From Cyanophora paradoxa CCMP329 (Eukaryota > Plantae > Glaucophyta), in the NCBI GenBank assembly GCA_004431415.1, contig QPMI01000290.1, forward strand, positions 27,868-91,867: a stretch of DNA of 64,000 nucleotides, read 5' to 3'. Below, piece by piece: positions 36,423 through 47,031 of this stretch (position 1 is the first letter of the stretch; every line of letters begins with the position of its first letter). The position numbers and the translations under genes are program-made. Under the pieces are notes generated by a model. It had not been told where the DNA came from. It made no database searches and saw only the letters and a list, made by a program, of their open reading frames with translations.

Positions 36423-37056
36423 GTGTTGCCACTCCACTACGTACCCTTTTGCACCACGTAGCAGAATCGAGTTGGACGGGCCTATTACATGATTGCCGGG
36501 GCCCCGTGCCCAAATCCGTGCCGTGGGCACGTCGGGGCTAGGGCGCGTCGTGCCCAAAGGCTTGGGCACGTAAGCTTTGTGTTGGGCATGACAGGTGTTA
36601 GAGCCCAGACAGCTGCAGCGATGTTGGGCCTGTCGCCGGAGGAGATTCAGGCGGCCGGCCAGATTCTGCAGTTCTGCGTCTTCTGCAGCTTCGCGCTACA
36701 GACAGCTGTGCTCGCGGGTCGCGCGTGGTGCGGCCGCAAGTGTACCTGCCACATCGAGCAGCTGATCTCGTCGTTCTCGAGCTGCGACTGCGATCACAAG
36801 GAGGGCCACCGCGGCCATTGTCCTGGCGGGCACGCCCCCGCCTGCCGCGCTGCCAGGCTGCTCTCCCGCCATCGCGGGGCACGACTTGGGCACGACGCTG
36901 CTCTACCCGCCGTGCCCAGGCCTTTGGGCACGACGCGCCCTAGCCCCGACGTGCCCAAAGCGGATTTGGGCACGGGGCCCCGGCAATCATGTAATAGGCC
37001 CGTCCAACTCGATTCTGCTACGTGGTGCAAAAGGGTACGTAGTGGAGTGGCAACAC
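36423..37056. mobile_element. Internally deleted TIR transposon (hAT-like), ~148-bp inverted repeats
   Basis: 36423-36570 is the near-perfect reverse complement of 36911-37056 (ends GTGTTGCCAC...GTGGCAACAC). The spacer encodes KCTCHIEQLIS, resembling the CxxH..[NQ]L motif of hAT-type transposases. Confidence 0.85.
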
Positions 37057-37144
37057 TCGGGGGGGGGTGGCGCCTTGGGGGTATCGCCATCAATCGCATT
37101 TGGCTAGTACTAGTCCTCTGGCAGGCTGGCGGCAGGTAATCACA

Positions 37145-40100
37145 ATGCCTCCCGAAGCGGAAAGTAGCACGGCCAGCGCAGGCAACCGCACGCTGGACAA
37201 AGCCCTGGTGGCAGCCGGCCTTCGGAACCTCGGCCGGACAGCGGACGGGCTCAAGAACGCGTTCCTGGACCTTATAGTGCGGGTGCGAGATGTGCTGAGT
37301 AGTCAGCGTGCTTAGCTAACCGCCCCGTGCGCCGCGGCAGGGCGAGAACATCTCCCGCATCGACCTCATCGAGCAGTACCCGCATCTGCAGCATGTAGAC
37401 CTCTCCAACAACGCTCTTAGCTCGCTGAGACCGCTTGGGGCGTTGCGCTACCTCCTCTCGGTCAGCGCGACTGACAACGAGCTTGCCGAAGTGCTCGACT
37501 TCGAGTCGCCTTTCATTCTGCACTCGGCGGATCTCAGCCGTAACCGCATCGCGAGCATCCGAGACCTTTCCGCCTTCGTGCACCTGCGCTCGCTCGTGCT
37601 AGATGGTTCGGCTGGCCGACCCAGCCGCTGCCGCCCCCGCTGAGCAGCGCGGCGCAGGCAACCAGATCCAGGAGATCGCGGGCCTGGAGAGGCTCGTGAA
37701 CCTCGAGGTGCTCAGCCTGAACAACAATGCAGTCACGCGCATCAGCGGCCTCGCCAAGTGCCCCATCAAGGAGCTCCTGCTGGTGGGCGCCTTGCCGCGC
37801 GGCCGGCGCGCCGGCCTCACACGGGGCGGCAGAACGGGAATCGGATCAAGAGGATAGAGAACATCGAGTCGCTGCAGGAGCTGCGGGTGCTCGAGCTGCG
37901 GGACAACCAGATCACGAGCTTGCGGGTGCCGCCGGCGCCGCCTGGGTAAGGAGGGGGCGGGGGCCGACGGGCCGGGGCGCAGGGGCTTGAGGGCCACCCG
38001 GTGCTGAGCGCGGTGGACCTGGAGAACAACGGGGTGGCGAGCGTGGACGAGTGCCGCTTCGTGGCGGGGCTGGCCTGCCTGCGGCACCTGAACCTGGCCG
38101 GCAACGCGGCGATCCAGGCGACGCCGGCCTACCGCAGTATCCTCCTCTTCCGCCTCCCCGCCCTCCTCTCCCTCGACCGCGCCGAGGTCACCCCCGAGGA
38201 GAAGGCGCGCCCGCCGCCCCCCGCCGCCCCTCCGTGCGGCGGGGCCGGCGCGACGGGGGCGGCAGGTGGCGGCGGCGAACTTCCACGGGGCGGACCGGGA
38301 GGCGCGGCGGGAGATCCGGCAGCGCTACTTCCCCGACGGGGAGCTCTCGAACTGGCCCCGGACCGACCTCGACGACGAGGCGCGCGGGCCGCGGGGGCGG
38401 GCGGGGCGGGCGGGGCTGAGGGGGCGGGCAGGTGCCGGCGGTGGTGGCGCTGTCGCTGGCGATGACGGGGACGGCGGGCCCCGAGGGCTTCCACCCCTCC
38501 CCCGCCGAGGACCGGCCCCTCTCCGAGTCCGGCCGCTTCTCGGAGACCGTCCGCCCCGCCCCGCACTCGTACGGCCCGCCCGAGGAGATCCCCGAGGACG
38601 CCGTCCCCGAGCTCGCCGGCGACCCGGCGGCCTCGGGGGGCCTCTCCCTGCGCCCCGCCGCCGCCCAGCCCGTCTTCGTGGCCGGCGTCACCTCGCTCCT
38701 CGACTTCAGCGTGGCGGACCGCTTCGCGGCGCGGGCGCCGGCGCAGGCGGCGGGGAGCGTGCAGGAGCTCGCCGCGCACCTCGCCTCCATCTGCGGCGAG
38801 GGCGTCGACCCCGCCGTCCGCGACGCCATGCGCGCCCGCACCATCTACCGCTGGATCTGCACCAACGTCCGCCCGCCCCGCCCTGCGGCGCGGCGCGGCG
38901 GGGAGGGGGTGCCGAGGCGGGGCGGGCGGCAGGTTGCGTTCGACGTGGCGCGGCTGCAGCGGGGCTACTCGGCGTCGGACCTGCACGAGAGCGGCGCCGC
39001 CGTCGTCCTCCGCCGGCGCCGCGCCGTCGCGGCCGGGTACGCGGAGCTCTTCGTGGCGCTGGCGGCGGGGGCGGGCCTCGAGGCGGCCCTCGTCGCCGGC
39101 TACGGCAAGGGCCCCGGCTACCGCGTCGCCGCCCGCTTCGACCGCCACAACCACAGCGCGCCCGCCCCGCCCCGCCCCCCGCCCCCCGCCCTCTGACCCC
39201 GCCCCGGCGCGCAGCGTGGAACGCGGTGAGGGTGGCGGGGGCGTGGCGGCTGGTGGACTGCTGCTGGGGGGCGGGCCAGCTCTCGGCGGACGGGGCGGAC
39301 TGGGCGCCGCGCTTCCTCGAGCACTACTTCCTGACGCCGCCGCACCACTTCGTGGCGGACCACCTCCCCCTGGAGCCCCGCTGGCAGCTCCCCGACGAGT
39401 TCCCCCCCGAGCTCGGGCCCCGGCCCCTCACGCGGGGCGACTTCGAGCGGCGCCCGTGCCTGCGGCCGGCGTTCTTCGAGCACGGGCTGGCCCTCGCGAG
39501 CCACGCGGCGGACGCCGTCATCCCCGCCGCCGTCCAGCTCCCCGTCTCCATCGCCCTCGAGGCCCCCCCCGGTGCCCGCCCCCGCCCCCGCCCCCGCCCC
39601 GCCGGCCCTTCGCTCACCCCCCCCAGGCGTCGGCCTGTACGCGAGCCTGGAGCAGGTGGCGGCGGGGGAAGGCCGCTCGGCGCCGCCGAGCGCGGGGCGG
39701 GAGGGCCCGCTGGCGCAGGCGGTGCGGGAGCAGCTGGAGGCGAGCCTGGTGGTGCGGGACGGGGGGCGGGCGGAGGTGAGCGTGGTGTGCCCGGCGCCGG
39801 GCGACTACGTGCTCTCCCTCGCGGCCCGCTCCTCCGCCACCGCCGAGAAGCCCCAGCTCGCCGTCGTCTACCTCGTCCAGGCCCGCCCCCGCCCCGCCCC
39901 CGCCCCGCCCCCGCCCCGTCCCCTCACGCGCGCCGCGAGGCAGGCGTCGCACGGGGGCGGCGGGGAGGGGGCGGCGGGGCGGCGGATGGCGTCGGCGTTC
40001 CCGCGGCAGACGGCGGCGTTCGGGGCGAGCGAGGCGAGCTTGCTCTCGCCGCTGGAGGGGGCCCTCCCCTCGGGCACCGTCCAGTTCTTCTCGCTGCGGC

Positions 40101-40521
40101 TGCCGGCGGCGGAGGCGGTGGCGGTGGTGGACGCGGCCGGCGAGTGGCACAACATGAACCCCGCCGGCTCCATCTCCAGCGCCCCCGCCGTCCCCGCCCC
40201 GCACGCCCCCGACCGCCCCTCGCACCTCTCCTCCGGCCTCGCCTCGGCTGGCGGGGCCGGCCAGGGGGCCGCCCCCGTCGCCTTCGAGGGGCGCATCAAG
40301 GTGCAGGGGACGGGCACCCTCTCCGTGCAGGCCAAGCTCGCGGGGCAGCGCACCTACACGCCCCTCCTCTACTACCAGGCCCGGCCCCCGCCGCCCCTCC
40401 GCCCCCGCCGCCCCTGACGCCGCCCCCGACGCCGCTCCCGCAGGTCTTCCCGAAGGCGGCGGTGCAGCTCGCGGCCGCCGGCGCCGCGCCGCCCACCTTC
40501 TCCGTCACCAACTCCAAGTAG
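37145..40521 (+). CDS. LRGUK/LRRC23-type leucine-rich repeat protein fused to a KY/CYK3-type transglutaminase-like domain
   Basis: LRRs: YPHLQHVDLSNNAL, LHSADLSRNRI, LRSLVLDGNQI, LDRAEVTPEEKVAAANF. TGL: RARTIYRWICTNVAFD, AVAAGYAELF, VAGYGKG, HTWNAV..WRLVDCCWGAG, HYFLTPPHHFVADHLP..RWQL. Confidence 0.85.
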
Positions 40522-41235
40522 CCCCGCCCGCCCGGCCCCCCGGCGCGCGGCGGCGACCCCTCGCTCGTATACATACTATGATACGCGTGAACTTCGGAAT
40601 GAAGTGCGCATCGGCTCGACCGTGGGGCATGGGGGCGGCCTTGAAGGCTTCCAGGATGGGTGGCCTGGGCGCCGGGAGGCGGGTTGGGGGAGGGCGCTCC
40701 CAAGATCACCCCGCAACGTGGCAAATTGAAACAACGTACATGTCGATACATCGATGCAAGCATGCAGAGGGCATGCGCAGCATTCGTCCGCAGAAAGAAA
40801 CGAGGCAAAGCTTAAGCATGCGAAAAGGCTGTACAATCACAGATCTAGATGGGCTGTCACAGTGTGAGGCAGATCGGAGGGCTGAGGCATGGAGAGACAA
40901 GGGAAGCCCCGCAGAAAGGACTAGAGAGAGCCCGGGGATGGGCCGGAAAGATGGCGCTCAGCGGCTGCACGATCTCGATGCGCCGCCCCGAAGGACAGGG
41001 AAACAGAGGGATCGGAGGGCGCGATCGTTCAGGAGAAAGAGCGGATCTTCTTGGCGCGGGTGGCGGCGGGCGCGTCGGGCTCGAGCTCGGGGGGGCCGCA
41101 GGGGGGCGCGTTGAGGGCGACGGGGAGGGCCACCGCGAGCTCCGCGACGCGGTCCCTCCACCCGAGGGACGAGCACGTCGGCGACTGCGGGGCAGGTCAG
41201 GCCGCCCAACGCTCGCGCGCCCGGCAGCCACCACT

Positions 41236-41732
41236 TCAATATTCATGATCAAGGCGCACGGCGGGCAGCCGGCTCGGCGGAGAAACCCGGCGGAATGCGC
41301 TCCTCCGCTCTGGTTCCTCGAGCTTCAGCGCCCTCTCCAGCCGCGATGCCACCTGGCACACAGGTCAGCCCACCAAAGGCGCTCCGGCGGCCGCGGGGCG
41401 GTCACAAATGTGGGCACACTTCGTTCAGGTCGTCGTCGATGTCGGCGCAGCCGCCGCTCAGATCGATATCATCGGTCTGGCGGGGTGGCAGCCCTTGGCT
41501 GCGGGCACGCCTGGCACGAAGAAGGGCTTCCGGCCGCGGAAACACAGCTTCCAGCTCCTGTGCATGTTCCAGCGAGAGCGGCTCCGGCGCCGATGCCCTG
41601 CGCTTCAGGTGCAGCATCTGCGCGCGAAGCGGTCAGGCCGACCGACGCCGCGAGCGGCCACGCCGCGCTGGCACGCACCCTACGCGGCGGCGCTTGTGGC
41701 AGGGCAACGGGAGGGAGTTCGAGAGCTGACAT
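41236..41732 (-). CDS. Small hypothetical protein
   Basis: Plausible GT-AG exon chain MSALELPPVALPQAPPRR|MLHLKRRASAPEPL...DDDLNE|VASRLERALKLEE...HEY*. No family recognised. Confidence 0.4.
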
Positions 41733-42266
41733 CGTTGCAGAGCCCATTCGAATTCCTATATGTCAGCTGGGATGTGGCGCTATGCGTGGCTAGCACTGGC
41801 ACTCGCTGTGCGCATGAGTGGCTGCTGATGCCGGGGCTCAGCTGGCGAGTTCGAGATCCGGTTGAACGAATTGCTGCTGCTCAGGCTTTTCCTTGCCATT
41901 GAGCTCCACCGAACCAGTCCTGTCAAGAACCGGTCATTCGACAACATGAGCGGGCGTCCCGTCGGCGCTCACGCAGGCGCAAATACAAGCTCTGCGCATC
42001 GAGCTCGAGCGCGATCGAAGCAGCGGAACTCACGCTTTTTACGCGACGCCGCTGTAGGAACGTACCCCTGTTGTTTTTTTGTCGCGGTTTGAACCCAACA
42101 TCGATCCCTGGGCTCTCCGGCGCTCCGCAGACCGCCTCGGCCGGGCCGCAGTGCTGGGTTGCTTTTCCTGCAGCAGTTGTTCCCCGCGCACCACCCAGGC
42201 AGCCCAGCCGAACAGAGCTGCGGTCGATTCAGCGCCCCACCAGCACCAGCACGCGCTTGATTTACA

Positions 42267-43856
42267 ATGGACAAACTCGACACGACATGGGTCATCCGCA
42301 CATCGTCTAAAACAGCCGAGTACACCGGCGACGTGGGTGCGGACGGCCAGATCACCGGGCATGGGCTTTACGTGAACGCTGAGGGTGCGACGCATCCTGC
42401 TCTGAACGCCCGGAGTTTGTGGGGCCTTCTTTTGACTTCGCCCACCAGGTGATCTGTACGGCGGGGACTTCAAATCAAATCGCTTCTCGGGTTCCGGGGT
42501 GCGCACTCGTGCTCTTCGCCCGCAAGCGAGCAGCGCTCACTGGATACGGTCTGCATAGGCCTATCGGTTCTCGGACAGCTCAGTCTACAAGGGAGAGTTT
42601 GTGTGCGTGCAGTCTTCAGCTGAACCTTGCCGTCCGCCTGAAGTGCTTACACGCGATTGCTGCGCGCAGCGACGGCAAGTATCATGGAAAAGGTTGCTTC
42701 AAAGCCAGCGACGGCTCATATTACGACGGCTCCTGGAAGGACGGAGTGCGTCATGGTGCGGGTTCCCTGATGTTCGTCGCAAACAAGATGCGGATTCTCT
42801 TTGGTGGGCTTATTTGCGTGGATGTTCTGGATATGTTGCTAACGGCTGAGGCGCCGCAGAGGGCGAGTGGAAGAATGACAAAATGGAGGGCACTTTCAAG
42901 GAGACCCGGCACTACCCGCAGAACAAGGCCGTCAGGACATGGACATGCCTCTTCAAAAACAACAAATTCGAGAGTCGCAAGCTCCTCACAGGCCCTACCC
43001 CCGGTGCGCCTGCGCTCCCTTCCTTTATGCGTCTGTTCGGCTGATCGTTCTCGCAGACGACAATCCGCCGTCGTCGCAGATCGCGCAGGTGGACCCGACA
43101 AAATGGGCGTTCCGGTCCCCGAACGAGTCCGTCGGCATCTTCCAGGGCGAGGAGGAGCCCCTTGAGGCGGGCGGAGCCCGTCCTTCGTACGAGACTGCAG
43201 CTCTTACCCGCCTCGTCCCCTCGCGCAGGTGGTCATGCGGCCGAAGCAGAGGCTGGTGCCGCTCGTCCTCTCGCGGGACTCGAACGCGTCAAGCGCATCC
43301 TCCTCCTCGGGCGCCGACTCTATGTCCTCCGCACACTCCACCTGCTCCAGCCCGCGGGAGTCCCTCGTCCCCGTCCGAACTCCCTTTCCCTTCCTTCTCG
43401 GCCTCTTTCCGAGCGGGCGCAGGCGGACGTGTGCGAGGAGATCGTGAACGACGTGTGGCCGCGGTGCAAGGGCGCGGGGAAGAAGTACAAGCGGCACGAG
43501 GTGCGGGGGGCCGGGCCCGGGGTTGGGGGCCGGCGTGACGTGCGGGCAGTTTGTGGAGGCGGTGGTGGCGTGCCAGCGGGACCTCCTCGCGCGGGGCACC
43601 ATCTGCTCCGAGGACTGTCTCGTCGCCTGCCTCAAGGTCCCGCGCCTCGAACCCCGCGCCGCCCGCCCCGCCGACCGCGGCGCAGGACTGGGACGCCGAG
43701 TCGGGCGGCAAGCGGAGCATCGCGAACCAGAAGATCGCGGCGGGGTACGTGACGGCGCTCGTGGAGCGGCACATCATCGGGCCCTTCCCCAGCGTCGCCG
43801 CCAAGCGGCCCCGCACCCGCCGCTCCAAGCAGCTCTGCGCCGTCTGCGGCAAGTAG
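42267..43856 (+). CDS. MORN-repeat protein
   Basis: YTGDVGADGQITGHGLYV, YGGDFKSNRFSGSG, YKGEF.DGKYHGKG, YDGSWKDGVRHGAG, GEWKNDKMEG. C-terminal exons end KQLCAVCGK*. Confidence 0.8.
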
Positions 43857-44074
43857 GGGCGCCCCGCCCCCGGCCCCACCGTCTAGGCTCTTTTACGCGG
43901 CGCCCTCCCGCATGGAACCCAGCGCGCCCCAGCCCCGCCCACTCCTCTCTATGCATCGAAGGGCGAGCCCTGCGCCCCCGCGCGCCTCATCCGTATACCC
44001 GCTGTACTTTACCGTGTGCAACTAGAAGCTAGCGCTAGTCGGCGAGGGGGGGGCCGGGGGCGGGGAGCGCGGGG

Positions 44075-46569
44075 CTAGTCGACGGTGAGGTGAGGGCCGA
44101 AGCGGGCGTAGAGGGAGCGGTCGAGCTCGGCGGGGGCGGGGGGCTTGAGGGCGGCCTCCCGGCGGGTGCCCTCGCGGGCGGCGCCGGCGTGGAGGAAGAG
44201 GTGGAGGAGGCGGGAGTGGAGCTCGGGGCGGTCGGCGGGCAGACCCTCCTGCGAGAGCCACTCGCCGACGGCCTCGAGGGGCGTCCCCGCGGCCACCATC
44301 TCCCCCGCCCGCGCCTCCAGCGCCAGCTCCCCGTCCAGGCACCACAGCTGGTTCGCCTGCAGGAACTGCGCCGCCGCCGCGTGCCGCGGGATCGACGGCG
44401 CCAGCACCGCCGCCAGCTGCGCCCCCGGACCCTGAGCTGCCGAGGAGGGGCCAGCGGCCGGGGCGGGGCGGGGCGGGCACCTCGAGGCCGGCGCAGCGCT
44501 CCCTGAGGCCGGCATCGCCGAGGCTGCTGCGGACCTGCGAGGGGCGGTGAGGCGGGGCCGGCGGGCCGGCCGCGGAGGGGCGGGGGCACCGAGGTGAGGA
44601 CGGCGGCGAGGAAGCGGTCGGACTCGCCGATGCGGACGAGCGGCTGCAGGGCGCGCTGCAAGGCCGCTCCCTTGAGGGCCCCGCGCGCCACCAGCTGCGC
44701 CACGAAGGCCTCCGCGCCGGGGTACGCCGCCGGCACCTGCCGCCCCGCGTCGGCGGTGGCGCTCGGAGGGGTCAGGGGGGGCGGGGCGGGCCTCGATGCA
44801 GAGGTCGTCGCAGACGGCGAGGAGGCGGGCGACGCCCTCGGCGACGCTCTCGCTCGCGAGGGCCGCCCCTTCGCCCCCCGCCAGGCCCGCCACCAGGCCG
44901 GCCGCCGCCTCACGCTCCCGCTCTCCTGCGCCCCGTCGGCTGAGGCCCGGTGCTCGGGCCGGCGCGGGGCGGGCGCGCCCTTCTCGAGGGCCCAGAGGCC
45001 GGCGGTCTCAACGACGAGGGGGCCCCAGAGGAGGTCCCCGGGGCTCCCCGGGGCGCACCCCGGCAGCGCGGCGAGGAGGGCCCCCGGCCCCGCCCCGCCC
45101 AGCGCAGCCGTCGTGGCCGCAATGACGGCAGATTCTCCGATGGCCTCCGCTGCGCCGCGCGGCGCGTCGGGCGGGGCGGGGCGGCTGCGCAGGCCGGCGT
45201 CGGCACCGGCGGCGATGGCGGCGTTGTGGGCGAGGAGCCAGTCGACGAAGGCGGCGAAATCCGGGACGACGCGTGCGCCGGCGGCCGCCGCCGGGGCCTC
45301 GTCGGCGGGGAGGAACTTGCCGGTGCGCACGAGCACGCCGCGGGCGCCGAGGGCCATCGCGCCGAGCACGTCGTCCTGCAGGTCGTCCCCCACCACCACC
45401 GCCTCCCCGGCCCTCGCGCCCCTGGCCCAGCCGCCCACCCCACGCCCCGCGTCGGGCGGCGCCGGGCGGGGCGGGCGGGGGCAGGCGGGCGGGCGGACAT
45501 GTCGGCGAGGGCGGCCTCGAAGAAGTCGGGGGAGGGCTTGCCGACGACCACCGCCTTCGCCCCCGTCGCGTACTCCAGCGCCGCCACGAACGGGCCCGGC
45601 CCCAGCGAGAGCTCTGCCCCCGCCCCCGTCGCACCCGCCCCCCGCACGGGCCTCGCAGGGCGCGGGGCGCGCGCCTTCCTTCTCCCGGTAGTACTTCCCC
45701 TTGTGCATCGCGATGAGCTTGGCGCCGCCCATCAGCAGCCGGAAGGCCTCGTTCAGCTGCGCGGCGCGTTAGGCGCGGCGCGGCCGGCCGCGCGCCCCCA
45801 GCCCGCCCCCCCGCTCGCCTTCCCGTAGTGGCACTCCGAGGGGGCCAGGCCCACGAGCACCTGCCGCAAGTCTCGCCAAGGTGTTGACGCCCGCCCCGGG
45901 GGCGGCGGCGGAGCGTACCGCGTTCGAGTCTGCTGTGTTGAGCCCCTCGAAGTCCGGTGCGAGGCGCGGGTCGATGATGAGGTACGGCCGCAGGCCCTCC
46001 CGCTCCAGCAGCTTCCTGCACGCCAGCGGCGACGACAGAATCTGTTTCCGCTCAATCTGCCGCCAGCGCCGCAACAGCGCCAGTCAGGAGCGGCGGCGGC
46101 GGAGACAGGGGGCGGCCACCCATGGGCACCGGAAAGCCCATCGCGCGGAGCTCGTTGTAAAGACTGTCGCCGCTCTGCTTCGTCGTCTGCGGCGGTGGCC
46201 GGCGCGCGCCGGCGTGCGCGTCAGCAGGCGTCTAGAAGCCGTCGCGGCGCGCGGCGTAGCGTGGCTCGAGCTCGCGCACGTTCGTGCAGAAGCGCACGCG
46301 GATGCCGCTGTCGACGAGCTTGCGCATGGCATCTACGGCGCCCGGGATCGGTTTGTCCTGCACATGGATCGTTCCTGCCGCGACGTTGGCCGTCGGGCGC
46401 ACGCCGCAGCCGAGGCGCACTTCTGAGACACGCCGCAGGGAGGCGCAACCGCACCGGAGAGGTCGCAAAGGACTGCAGAGATGGCACGCGGCTTCGCCCG
46501 CGGCGCCTGTGCTGAGCTTAAACTCTCGTTCCGGTGCGGCCCGTGCCCGTGCCCGCCGCAGCACGCCAT
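44075..46569 (-). CDS. HAD subfamily IIA hydrolase (HDHD2/LHPP-like) fused to a C-terminal MA3 (MI) domain
   Basis: [94 protein letters not shown]. Continues without a stop into [16 protein letters not shown]...[19 protein letters not shown]. Confidence 0.88.
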
Positions 46570-47031
46570 CGCTCGTGCGTCAGATAAGCGTCTCGAGATC
46601 CGCGCGTCAAAAGCCAATGATAGTTAGAATCAACGAAGGACCGGCCTGCAGCTGCCGACGCGTCCAGCTGCCGGACCGAAGTACCCCTGCTGACCGGCGC
46701 GCGCGTACCCGTGTCTGGGGCAACAGTGCTGCTGCAACACGGCTGCAACCGCAGCGGCGCGCGATGCGGGAACGATGCGAGTGAGCTGCGGCTGCATTCC
46801 CAGTCTGTCTACGCTAGCTAGGATCCCGGGCCTCTCTTGCTTGTTCAGAAATCTGCGAGCTCGAGGTTACGCGGTTGTGCCGTCTTCTGAACCGAACGTC
46901 GAAACAGAGCTCGATCTAATTAGGTAGGTTCCCGCAACCCATATGGCTAGATCACGGCATACCCGCGGCAACCACGGCCGCACAAATCTTGGGCTCGGCT
47001 ACGCGTACGAACCCCCTCCCGATAGATCTAG

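Noticed and set aside
41402-41617. Dual-specificity phosphatase (NEVCPHL resembles the N-terminal motif)
   Set aside because: No HCxxGxxR motif follows, and VCPHL probably lies in an intron.
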